Shown here: piece by piece, positions 16,393 to 24,940 of the stretch
How the letters are laid out: each line of letters opens with the position of its first letter
How positions within the stretch are numbered: the stretch's first letter is position 1
NCBI GenBank assembly: GCA_048938295.1
Contig: JBHLMI010000021.1
Span: forward strand, 14,864-46,863
DNA: 32,000 nt
Source of the DNA: Promethearchaeota archaeon
GTDB lineage: Archaea; Asgardarchaeota; Hermodarchaeia; Hermodarchaeales; Hermodarchaeaceae
Reading direction: 5' to 3'
Notes under the pieces: generated by a model
Told to the model about the DNA's origin: nothing
The model's input: only the letters and a program-made list of their open reading frames with translations
Database searches by the model: none
Program-made: the position numbers and the translations under genes

Positions 16393-18780
16393 TCAGACGA
16401 GGTCTTCAGAGAGCGTGATTGGAATCGGAAGATTACAGGATGGACAGCGCCCCTCCCGTGTTAGTCGTACAGAAAGTGTACGTACACCTAATCGTTCGAT
16501 GAGGAGCGCGCCACAGTTCGGACATATGGTATTGGCCCCTTGATGCCCGGGAACATTACCTAAATAGACGTATTTGAGACCTGCACGCGATGAGAGTTCT
16601 GCAGCGGTTTCAAGTTTCTTAATGGAGGTGGGTGGGAGATTACTCATCTTGTAATGGGGATAAAACCGTAAGAGATGGAGTGGCGTATCTTCGCCGAGTT
16701 CCTTAACGATCCATTGGGCTAGTTTTTCCGCTTCTTTAGTGTCATCGCCGACATCGGATACGAGGAGGTTAGTGATTTCGATATGAATGTCTGCAGCCTT
16801 CATCGCTTTGAGCGAATCAAAAATAGGCTCTACTTTGGGAACATGACAATATGTTTTGTAAAAAGCAGGATTGGCATTACCCTTGAAATCAACAGTGGCC
16901 GCGTCAAGGTAAGGGGCAATGGTGTCAATGGCATCGGTGGTCATGTAACCGTTAGTGACAAAAGTATTGAACAGCCCCTTTGCGTGGGCTATCTTTGCGG
17001 TATCATAGGCGTATTCAAAGAAAATGGTCGGCTCCGTATATGTATAAGATATGCCTGTGCAGCCGGTTTCCAACGCATACTCAACAATTTTCTCAGGAGA
17101 CATTTTACGCCCTACAATATCACGCTCATGGCTAATTTGCCAATTTTGACAGTTTCCGACTCCAATGAAATTAGCAAGGTAAGAGTGTTCACCTTCCACT
17201 TCCATATTGTAGACCGGTCCAGAGTATTGTTTTTTGGTTATTGTTTTTACTGGAAGAAGCCAGAAATCCTTAGTGTTTCTAAAGGCAACTGCTTTATCAG
17301 GATCTGGGTTCTTCCTGGTTCCACCCATCAACTCTCTACCAAATGTGTTTGTATTTACTTTTACATAGTATATTGTAGATTGGTTGATCATTCTTCCTTC
17401 GATTTCTTTCTGTTCGGGAGGTTTCCATTCGTACCACCCCGGTAAATAACCAAGTTTGAGGAGAAGAAAGTAGATACCAATCGAAAGTTTTTTTGAAACA
17501 GTGTTTATCGCAATATTGTTACCTGTTTCAGTTCCATCCCCTTTTAGATAGGCTCTTAGAAATGATAATACGATGTTTTTCGATGATGAGTATACCAAAT
17601 CAGGTACTTTCTTGGTTTTTGCACTACTTCCACAGAGTTGCTTGAATAAAACGCCAAGAGAGCTTTTTGTGACTTCAACCGCTATTGTAGTCCTTCTTTT
17701 TATTACTGCGATTGTAGCATCAAATATTTTTTTGAGAAGAGTGGCTGTTCGTTCCACCAATGCTTTCTCTTCGTGTCCATAACTGAAACTCACCCGGAAC
17801 GAATTAGGGCGGTTTCTATCCTTAGAAACACATCCTTCTGCAACATAGTATCCCAGAAGCTCAGCCAGTTCTTCGTTCATGGACACGCAGGCAGGTATCC
17901 ATCCCTTCTCACTTCGGAACTTCAAATAGCCTTCATTTTCTATTACATCATTTGGATAATAGAATGTCTTTTCTGTTATTCCATCGCTGCTTAGTTCCTT
18001 CATCAGTTTCCTCAAATAAGTGGGATGCATACCAATGATTTTCCCGATTTCACGTGAACTCAGACCAGTCTCCCGGAATTTCATAATTTCCTTAAGCTTC
18101 TTCTCATCCGTTTTTCGTGATTTCTTTATCCTCGATTTCCTTTTTTCGAGTATGGGAGCAATTTCGATTATTTCTTCCTTAGTTTCATTCGAGATCAGTT
18201 TGGGAACTATCAGTAGATCTCCAACCTGAATATTCCCTGCCTTCTTCTTTGTGATACCGCCATTCCACACATAAATTTCGTGTTCAGGTGTACACTCTAG
18301 AGGAGGAATATAAGCAGCGTTGAGTTCTATTAGTTCTCCCTCGTAATTGTGACGAAAGACCTTGCGAATACTTCTCTTCTGACCCGTTGCACTATTTGTG
18401 TATGTATTCTGTACAATTCGGATATTTTCGTGATGAGTTTTATCGGCTCTAGTGAACAATTCTCCAATCTTTTGGGGAATTCCATTACTAATTATCGTGG
18501 TTTCAGGATGGAAGCAAAAGTCACAGCGAAAATTGCAGCCGACGGTGGCTACAGACATGGCTAGTGCGCCTGGATGAAAGTGCCAGAGCGGCTTCTTTTC
18601 GATGGGGTCGGGGTTAGCCGAACACGCTTTTCCATAGACTAGCGAATAAAGGATGCCTTTCTCGTTTTTCCGGACTTGGCAGTATCCCAGTTTTCCGTCT
18701 GCTATTGTGCATCGGCGGCTGCACAGATAGCAGCCGACCTTGTTGTCTTCGAGTTTATTGTATAGCATCGCTTCATGCAT
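16393..18780 (-). CDS. AmmeMemoRadiSam system radical SAM enzyme, intein-containing (about 340 aa after splicing)
   Basis: N-terminal CYLCSRRC...GYCQVR and DPIEKKPLWHF. GCNFRCDF|CQNWQIS is restored after intein removal. YTYTEPTIFFEY, VTNG and C-terminal CPNC...CPSC follow. Confidence 0.92.
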   Translation of the reverse strand: MHEAMLYNKLEDNKVGCYLCSRRCTIADGKLGYCQVRKNEKGILYSLVYGKACSANPDPIEKKPLWHFHPGALAMSVATVGCNFRCDFCFHPETTIISNGIPQKIGELFTRADKTHHENIRIVQNTYTNSATGQKRSIRKVFRHNYEGELIELNAAYIPPLECTPEHEIYVWNGGITKKKAGNIQVGDLLIVPKLISNETKEEIIEIAPILEKRKSRIKKSRKTDEKKLKEIMKFRETGLSSREIGKIIGMHPTYLRKLMKELSSDGITEKTFYYPNDVIENEGYLKFRSEKGWIPACVSMNEELAELLGYYVAEGCVSKDRNRPNSFRVSFSYGHEEKALVERTATLLKKIFDATIAVIKRRTTIAVEVTKSSLGVLFKQLCGSSAKTKKVPDLVYSSSKNIVLSFLRAYLKGDGTETGNNIAINTVSKKLSIGIYFLLLKLGYLPGWYEWKPPEQKEIEGRMINQSTIYYVKVNTNTFGRELMGGTRKNPDPDKAVAFRNTKDFWLLPVKTITKKQYSGPVYNMEVEGEHSYLANFIGVGNCQNWQISHERDIVGRKMSPEKIVEYALETGCTGISYTYTEPTIFFEYAYDTAKIAHAKGLFNTFVTNGYMTTDAIDTIAPYLDAATVDFKGNANPAFYKTYCHVPKVEPIFDSLKAMKAADIHIEITNLLVSDVGDDTKEAEKLAQWIVKELGEDTPLHLLRFYPHYKMSNLPPTSIKKLETAAELSSRAGLKYVYLGNVPGHQGANTICPNCGALLIERLGVRTLSVRLTREGRCPSCNLPIPITLSEDLV
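17152..18516 (-). mobile_element. Intein (455 aa) with LAGLIDADG homing endonuclease
   Basis: Begins CFHPET and ends GVGN with C at +1. Blocks: B CTPEH, C LLGYYVAEG, E FLRAYLKGDG, F YSGPVYNMEV. Visibly more AT-rich than the exteins. Confidence 0.92.
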
Positions 18781-18953
18781 TACCAGGGACCTCGGGTTGC
18801 CGAACTATGGAAAGTGAGTAAGTTAGAGCTATACAAGTAGTTACCTAACGGATTCATAGCTCTTCCCGTTACTCCCAGTATTATTTGGACTCTAAACGCA
18901 AGAGAGGCATCTTAATAAGATAGAATTACGTCCGGTGTTTTTGGTGAACGAGG

Positions 18954-19217
18954 TTGGTTAGAACCTACGAACTTGGAAAACTTAGCATAGAAGACCACGA
19001 GAGTAAGACCCTTACTGGTGCTTTTGGTTTAAAGGAAGAGCAATTCGATGAAATCGTCAACACTGCTCGTGAAGCCTGGAATTACGAAGACACGGTTTCC
19101 GAAAGTGTTGAATTCATAGTTAAGAAACTGAAGAATTCTGAATTAGTCCTTGGTTTGCTCATCCTTGGTCGCATCTGGGAAGAAAATAGCGTAGAAGAAG
19201 AATCAGAAGAAGAGTAG
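18954..19217 (+). CDS. Small acidic hypothetical protein
   Basis: 87 aa, TTG start after GAGG, helical pattern and Glu-rich tail. Confidence 0.65.
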   Translation: MVRTYELGKLSIEDHESKTLTGAFGLKEEQFDEIVNTAREAWNYEDTVSESVEFIVKKLKNSELVLGLLILGRIWEENSVEEESEEE

Positions 19218-19264
19218 AAAGTTACTCCTCTTTCTCCCTTCTTTCATCAGAGGAGGAGGATTCT

Positions 19265-19744
19265 ACGTCGGATGAGGAAATTAGACGTTGCGGTGTTTGT
19301 TTTCGACCCATTGAGCGATTAGAAGAAGCACGCACGATTCGACTTGCAGAATCGGAGTTTTTGGCGCATAGTGTTTGTTTGTTACGTTTACGTAGATTAG
19401 CCTGTGAGATGTATGAGACACCATCCCCGATGCCGACGTTAACGCGAGTGTTAACTTTGGCCGAGTTCCTTTTATCGAGGCGGCCAGGGACAGAGGCTGA
19501 AATCTTGTGCTGTTTAGCATTCTATCAACGGTGTAATGCTTTAGAAGAGGGATTAACAGCATCGATGGTGCAGCAGCAGTTGCGTTTGTCTCCGTACAAA
19601 ATCAACAACATTTCGGTGGTGTTACAAGAAGCATCTGAGAAACATGGGTATCTTAAGAGGAAGCCTGGCACAGATCAAGAAGTATTTGTACTCACCGAAG
19701 TGGGAGCAAATGTTGTCAAACAGCTTCCTCGGGCACCTGAGTAA
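19265..19744 (+). CDS. Zn-finger (CxxC...HxxC) + winged-helix-like protein; apparent ACG start
   Basis: The frame of ORF 19361..19744 is open back to 19190 and encodes SDEEIRRCGVCFRP...AHSVC. GAGGAGGAGG (19250-59) lies 5 nt before ACG 19265. The C-terminal GYLKR...FVLTEVGANVV has a wHTH wing pattern. Confidence 0.6.
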   Translation, partial: TSDEEIRRCGVCFRPIERLEEARTIRLAESEFLAHSVCLLRLRRLACEMYETPSPMPTLTRVLTLAEFLLSRRPGTEAEILCCLAFYQRCNALEEGLTASMVQQQLRLSPYKINNISVVLQEASEKHGYLKRKPGTDQEVFVLTEVGANVVKQLPRAPE

Positions 19745-19747
19745 GAA

Positions 19748-20161
19748 CTAAAGTTCTTTGCTCCGATCAGTTACATTAACAATGACCCAGTTATTATCGG
19801 ATTTCACAAAATGAAATTGTGAATAATGCATACCGATACTTTTACCCATGCTGAGCATCTGCCATTCCACAGTTGCAGAAGCAATAAGGTTGTCTTTTTG
19901 GATATCGAAGTGCTTGATGCGGGTGATGAGAAAAGTCAAAGAAAAATCTGGGTCTTCATTCTTGGCTTGACGAATGGCATTTAGTTGGTTGGCAAGGATA
20001 TCTTCGGTGCCGAAGATATAGAGTTCGTTGTTAGACCCGAAACCAAACCGTCGAGCTTCAGGATGCCATACCTTCAAGAAGAGCTTTGTATCACCTGTTT
20101 CCTGGGCTAGAAAGAAGATGCGAAGCGTTTCACGAATTTGTTCTTTTTCTTGAACCGACAA
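19748..20161 (-). CDS. NTF2/SnoaL-like (lumazine-binding-type) protein
   Basis: GDTKLFLKVWHPEAR...ASATVEW...FHFVKSDNNWVIVN pattern. Confidence 0.75.
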   Translation of the reverse strand: MSVQEKEQIRETLRIFFLAQETGDTKLFLKVWHPEARRFGFGSNNELYIFGTEDILANQLNAIRQAKNEDPDFSLTFLITRIKHFDIQKDNLIASATVEWQMLSMGKSIGMHYSQFHFVKSDNNWVIVNVTDRSKEL

Positions 20162-20271
20162 GAGACCACATCCCTTACGCGGTCTTCTTCATAATATATG
20201 AATCCGTCGAGTTGATATCATTAAATAATGAAAGGGTGAAGAACAAAATCAAGACTGCCCTTCGTAGGTGG

Positions 20272-21330
20272 TTAGGAAAGCGTGGGTCGTCGCTTCCAAT
20301 AGATAATTCCACTGGCTACTGCAATGATAGCAACAACCCCAATAACAATGCCTCCAAGAAGGATTGGTAACCCGGGAAACACTGTAGAAACATTACGGAT
20401 GACCTCGAGGACGTCATTCGTATCTATGACTTCAATGTCCACACGATAAGGACCTCCACTCAGTCCTGAAATCGTTCCTGTGTAGGTGCCACCGGACGCG
20501 TCTAAATTCACTGTTGTTACTGTAGTGCTTGGATTGCCCGGCGAATAGACACAAGCTCGTACCTCAGTAATAGTGGTAGAATTGATTCCAGGTAATCCAC
20601 TAGCAGGATCGGTAGTTGCTACTGTAACGGTATAGTCAGATCCCGATGGAGTGACCTGTATGCTTTGTGTAAATGAATGACCTAACGCCATTTTTACCAC
20701 CATAGCACAGGCCTCATATATTGGGGCAGCATCATATCCGCCACCTGTAGGTCCTCCTCCCTGACTTCCAGTGATTATTCGGTTATCATAGACTAACCGA
20801 ACATTTTCAACAATGTTAGCACCGGCTGCAAGCATTTCATCGTTGGACATGGAGAATGAGGCAACCTTGGTATTGGCACAGATTGTCCCTGTACTAGCAA
20901 TAACGACATTGCCAATGCAGAACGTGGCCACAAGTAACCCTTGGGCATGCGCAGTAGAAAGCAGTGTTCTCACAGCTTGGCTAGAAACTAATGTAGGCCA
21001 GTTTCCACCTGAGGGAATGAACACACAGTCGTAGTCACTTAATGAATTGATGTCAAAGTCTTGGAGCAGTAGGTCGGCTGTTGTTTCTCGGTGTGGTCGA
21101 TTATGACAGGCTGAAACGTTCGTATCCAAGGCTAAAGCTACAGTTGTTGTCTGAACACCCCAAGAATTGAAGTGATCTTTTGCAGTGAAATAACTCCACC
21201 CAAATCCAGTGGAGATAACAAACAACACATGGACATCACTCATTGTCTGTGCTGATACTTGGATAGGATTGAAACTGCTACAACAGCTGACTGCCAATAC
21301 AGCAATGAGTAGAAAGACTTTGTATCGCAT
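20272..21330 (-). CDS. Secreted, membrane-anchored DJ-1/PfpI family protein
   Basis: Signal peptide MRYKVFLLIAVLAV, YDCVFIPSGG, ATFCIG nucleophile elbow and DNRIITG. A beta-rich linker domain precedes the C-terminal PGLP-TM-KRR. Confidence 0.8.
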   Translation of the reverse strand: MRYKVFLLIAVLAVSCCSSFNPIQVSAQTMSDVHVLFVISTGFGWSYFTAKDHFNSWGVQTTTVALALDTNVSACHNRPHRETTADLLLQDFDINSLSDYDCVFIPSGGNWPTLVSSQAVRTLLSTAHAQGLLVATFCIGNVVIASTGTICANTKVASFSMSNDEMLAAGANIVENVRLVYDNRIITGSQGGGPTGGGYDAAPIYEACAMVVKMALGHSFTQSIQVTPSGSDYTVTVATTDPASGLPGINSTTITEVRACVYSPGNPSTTVTTVNLDASGGTYTGTISGLSGGPYRVDIEVIDTNDVLEVIRNVSTVFPGLPILLGGIVIGVVAIIAVASGIIYWKRRPTLS

Positions 21331-21774
21331 GACGTTTCTGAACTCCGAAAGCAATTGAGCCTTTGATTTCTTTCAGTTACGTATAATTTCATGGCTCCCA
21401 ACAGGTTCAGAAAATTCTCTGAATAAATAAGTACAATTCCTGTTTCCGAACATTCAGGTTCAGAATCAGAAAGAAAAAAGGAGAGGAAGAGAAGCTCTTT
21501 TGTCTAAGGAGATCTCTCCCAAGATGCCTCTTTTACCACATTTGTAAGCAGGTGTATCCTTAAGCGGATGGAGAAGTCAGTCAGATCGGATCTTGTATTG
21601 GGTCATAGTATCTCTTACTTTCACTCTTTATCGTTGCGGGATAGTGAGAGTTGTGATATCTGTTTCGCAGGTATCCGCGATATTCAAACAAGTTCTTTAG
21701 CCTGCGAGCAACAATCGACGGTAATCGAGCTTGAATCTAATTGCTCGGATTTTGGTGGCGTTGTTCTTTCAGGC

Positions 21775-21888
21775 TTAAAGAACCCGCTCCCGAATATATG
21801 ATTCAAATATGCGATTCTTGCGGTGATTTTCTTCCTCAAGGTTAATGTGAGGTTCATTACAGTTCTCACCCTTGGATTTGGGTGTCAT
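21775..21888 (-). CDS. Candidate small protein, 37 aa (MTPKSKGENCNEPHINLEEENHRKNRIFESYIRERVL)
   Basis: Strong SD GAGGTGAGGT 4-5 nt before ATG 21888; divergent from the wHTH regulator. Confidence 0.45.
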   Translation of the reverse strand: MTPKSKGENCNEPHINLEEENHRKNRIFESYIRERVL

Positions 21889-22111
21889 TTCTACCTCACC
21901 TCTTGGCGTGAATGTGTAGTTTTGCTCTTGATAGTCTGCGAGATTGCAGCTGATTGACCCGACGCTCATCTTTTTGACGCTTAGTGTCATGATGATGTCA
22001 CACTATGTCCCTAGAATGACGAACCGGTATATTAATATTACCGTTTATGACAATATTAAACTGATAACTAACATAGAAGATCGTACTAATTACTCACAGG
22101 ATAGATGTAAC

Positions 22112-22780
22112 ATGGGCCATATAGAGAAGGAGAAGCCAAAGGATTATGATGATTTTCTCACAGCCCGCCCCGAGCCCATCATTTTCTTAACAGAGGAGCA
22201 GGAAGCCGTAGCTAAGGAATATGGTGATATCATCAAGGCCATGATTGGGAAGAATCTCACGGCAAAAGAAGTTCACGCCTTGTACTTTAATCCGAGCAAA
22301 GAAACGTATGATAAAACCATCAAAACAGTCTACCGGCACCTTGAAGCCCTTGAGAATGCAGGACTAATTATGGAATGCGGACACCGAAAGCCACACGATA
22401 GCCGCTTGACCGAAAAACTGTTCTGCCGCACCGCAAACATCTTCGTGCTCGGAGAAGACAGACCTAAAGACGAGTGGTGGAAGAAAGAGAAAGGCGAACG
22501 AATTATTAAACGCCTTAGCGTTCTCTTGCCAGAATTATTAGAAGTAGAACTTAAGGATCCTACAGAGTTCAAGAAGCTAATGGGACAGTTCTTTGAACAG
22601 CTTGATGGCATCCGGATGGAATTATGGCGAAAAGCCCCAGAAAACAAGGGCATATCTGGTATCTTTCGCGAAGCAGATCTTTGGGAAATTAATTACCTCT
22701 CAGATTTAGTGGCAACTATCGGAGTCATCCTCCGTAACTCCAAGCTCTGCGATCAGTTCAAAACGGTCCTCAGCAAATAG
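22112..22780 (+). CDS. Winged-helix (ArsR-like) transcriptional regulator
   Basis: NLTAKEV...KTIKTVYRHLEALENAGLIMECG...EKLFCRTA. Probable start is ATG 22112; the upstream in-frame stretch is an AT-rich promoter. Confidence 0.75.
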   Translation: MGHIEKEKPKDYDDFLTARPEPIIFLTEEQEAVAKEYGDIIKAMIGKNLTAKEVHALYFNPSKETYDKTIKTVYRHLEALENAGLIMECGHRKPHDSRLTEKLFCRTANIFVLGEDRPKDEWWKKEKGERIIKRLSVLLPELLEVELKDPTEFKKLMGQFFEQLDGIRMELWRKAPENKGISGIFREADLWEINYLSDLVATIGVILRNSKLCDQFKTVLSK

Positions 22781-22809
22781 GGAATTCGTTTTTCAAACGT
22801 GCTTGAACA

Positions 22810-22829
22810 CACCCGTCATTTGACGGGTG
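22810..22829. promoter_or_regulatory. Palindromic operator, copy 1
   Basis: CACCCGTCA-TT-TGACGGGTG has perfect 9-bp arms and sits immediately before TATA-like TTTATATTT of the HTH_10 gene. Confidence 0.7.
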
Positions 22830-22875
22830 AATTTATATTTAGACGGGCGCGATAGAGACCAAGGAGGCAATCCTA

Positions 22876-23598
22876 ATGCCATTGTTTGAACTAGTCTTCA
22901 AAGTCATTCATGATTGTCCCTTTGGCAACTTCTCTCGAAGGTTTCCTTCGCTGAAGATGTATTTTTGGTGCAATGGCGATCATGACGTGATTGAAATTGT
23001 TTCTGTAAGCCAGGATAGTGAAGCGCAGGTCATGGAGGAGCTGGCACAGTTAGAGGGCATTATTGAACAAACCTATGAAAAGGGGCGGATTCACCTTATT
23101 GTGAAACAGTGCTCGTGCCAGTATGAAGGAACCATATCAGAACTGATTGATGAGTTCCATATTCTACATCTGTTACCAGTTGTACACGATGAGGGCTGGG
23201 AATATTATCGGGCCATCGTCTTTCAACATGATGATATTGACCGGCTCTTCCAACGGTTTGATGAAAAAGGCTACCGATATGAGATCATTCGGAAAGCCCC
23301 CTTTGAAGGGGTAATTTCCAGCTCACTAGCCCTAACCGCGGATGCCTTATTTTCAGGCCTAACAGAGAAACAACTTGCAGCACTGGTCACAGCGCACTCC
23401 AATGGTTATTACGATTTTCCGCGGCAGACCAACGTAAAAGACATAGCCGCTAAAAAGAGAGTGCCGCGCACGACATTTCAGGAGCACCTGCAAAAAGCCG
23501 AAAGTAAATTACTTTCGTCCTTGATGCCATTTTTGCAGTTATATGTGCATATCCCATTAGAGATTAAGCAGCGCCATGTTATTCCGGCTGTGACTTGA
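22876..23598 (+). CDS. Bacterio-opsin activator-type HTH (HTH_10) transcriptional regulator
   Basis: C-terminal LTEKQLAALVTAHSNGYYDFPRQTNVKDIA...RTTFQEHLQKAESKL; SD AGGAGG. Confidence 0.88.
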   Translation: MPLFELVFKVIHDCPFGNFSRRFPSLKMYFWCNGDHDVIEIVSVSQDSEAQVMEELAQLEGIIEQTYEKGRIHLIVKQCSCQYEGTISELIDEFHILHLLPVVHDEGWEYYRAIVFQHDDIDRLFQRFDEKGYRYEIIRKAPFEGVISSSLALTADALFSGLTEKQLAALVTAHSNGYYDFPRQTNVKDIAAKKRVPRTTFQEHLQKAESKLLSSLMPFLQLYVHIPLEIKQRHVIPAVT

Positions 23599-23651
23599 CA
23601 AACTCACATCCGTTATTTTTTCGCTAGCTAATTTGGGTGTCTAATAGCCTC

Positions 23652-23665
23652 CCGTCGTTTGACGG
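23652..23665. promoter_or_regulatory. Palindromic operator, copy 2
   Basis: CCGTC-GTTT-GACGG has the same core and spacing as CCGTC-ATTT-GACGG at 22813-22826. Confidence 0.65.
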
Positions 23666-23712
23666 TAGAAAGGATATGCTGCACCGATTCAACTATCCAT
23701 TAGGTGGTAAAT

Positions 23713-23961
23713 ATGAAAGCATTACACCCTCATGGAAAACGAAGCATCCTTGGCAGAATGCGACGAGCAATCGGACGGCTCCCATCTACCTCTTCTACGA
23801 GTATCATGGTGCCAAATACGCCACTCGTGTCAAGTGGTGATGTTGGAATAGATAGAGGAAGTTGGGTTCCAAAAAGCGTTCAACGTCAAGCCTGGATAAG
23901 ATCACAGCAACAAAAATCTCGTGCTATTCACTTGAAGCGGATTCAGCGCATTGATTGGTAA
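23713..23961 (+). CDS. Candidate small basic protein, 82 aa
   Basis: ATG follows a GGTGGT SD-like site downstream of operator copy 2, and the ORF fills the gap before the QueG-like gene. No family recognised. Confidence 0.4.
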   Translation: MKALHPHGKRSILGRMRRAIGRLPSTSSTSIMVPNTPLVSSGDVGIDRGSWVPKSVQRQAWIRSQQQKSRAIHLKRIQRIDW

Positions 23962-23978
23962 TAAAGGACGAGTCAAAG

Positions 23979-24725
23979 ATGAGTTCGCTAACAGAGCAAG
24001 TTAAACAGCTCGCGCACGATGTGGGATTCGCTGCCGTCGGAATTACTCATCCGGATAAGTTAGAGAATCTTCCCCAGGGTTGGGTGGGACAAGTTCGACA
24101 GCTACAACGTCCGGATGAGGAATTTCCTTCGGTCAAATCAATAATTATTATGGCGTTCCACACGTGGGATCACATTTTCAATCTTAATGTTACAGCGCCT
24201 CGCTCTGTTCAGTTGGGGGAGGAGTCGTCTTTTGATACATTCCATGGATATTTTCTTACGTACGAGATTATGAAGAACAAGGCTTGGAGGATTATTGATT
24301 TCCTGCAACATAATGGGTTTGAAGCCAAATATTCTGTAGAGATCCCACTGAAACCCATTGCTGTGCAATGTGGGCTAGGTTGGCAGGGTAAAAACACCTT
24401 ACTGATTACCCCGCAATATGGACCCCGTGTAAACCTCATAGCTGTGTTAACCAATGCGGCACTAGAACCGGATAGCCCTTTCCTTGATGATTTATGTGGT
24501 GAGTGTACTAAATGTGTGAAAGCATGTCCCGTTCAGGCACTATCAGCGTATAAATGCCAAATCAACCGCTGCGTAGTCTATTCCCTTGAGTGTCCTGATG
24601 CACCTGAAGTACCTCAGGAAGTTCGGGATCTTGAAGATCGACTGACTCCGCGTCCAACATCGCATAGTTACCTTGAATGCTCGACTTGTATGAACGCATG
24701 CCCCTATGGCAAACCGACACAGTAA
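23979..24725 (+). CDS. Epoxyqueuosine reductase (QueG)-like cobalamin/2x[4Fe-4S] protein, paralog 2
   Basis: GLGWQGKNTLLITPQYGPRVNL, CGECTKCVKACP and CSTCMNACP; colinear with 2123..2872. Confidence 0.75.
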   Translation: MSSLTEQVKQLAHDVGFAAVGITHPDKLENLPQGWVGQVRQLQRPDEEFPSVKSIIIMAFHTWDHIFNLNVTAPRSVQLGEESSFDTFHGYFLTYEIMKNKAWRIIDFLQHNGFEAKYSVEIPLKPIAVQCGLGWQGKNTLLITPQYGPRVNLIAVLTNAALEPDSPFLDDLCGECTKCVKACPVQALSAYKCQINRCVVYSLECPDAPEVPQEVRDLEDRLTPRPTSHSYLECSTCMNACPYGKPTQ

Positions 24726-24940
24726 GCGTTGGGCGTATCGAAGGGTGTGCGTCCTCTTCACGAGGGCAAGATAGAGTTGTTCTATCAACTGGATAGAGAA
24801 GGGAGTAGCTCCCTGATCGAATTGCACTGTTTATCACTCCCATGTCATCTTAGTGTTTGTATTAAATCCACCTCATTGAACTGAAATGATCCTTTCTTAG
24901 TTGGAAGAAAATTGCTAGTTATAGATACTCGATGAATGTA

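Noticed and set aside
16783-17445. 220-aa plus-strand ORF, and other antisense ORFs such as 513..944, 1250..1801 and 28153..28590
   Set aside because: They are shadow frames opposite well-supported genes and contain no motifs.
18825-18863. AGAGCTAT/ATAGCTCT inverted repeat
   Set aside because: An 8-bp arm with a long spacer and no second copy is compatible with chance.
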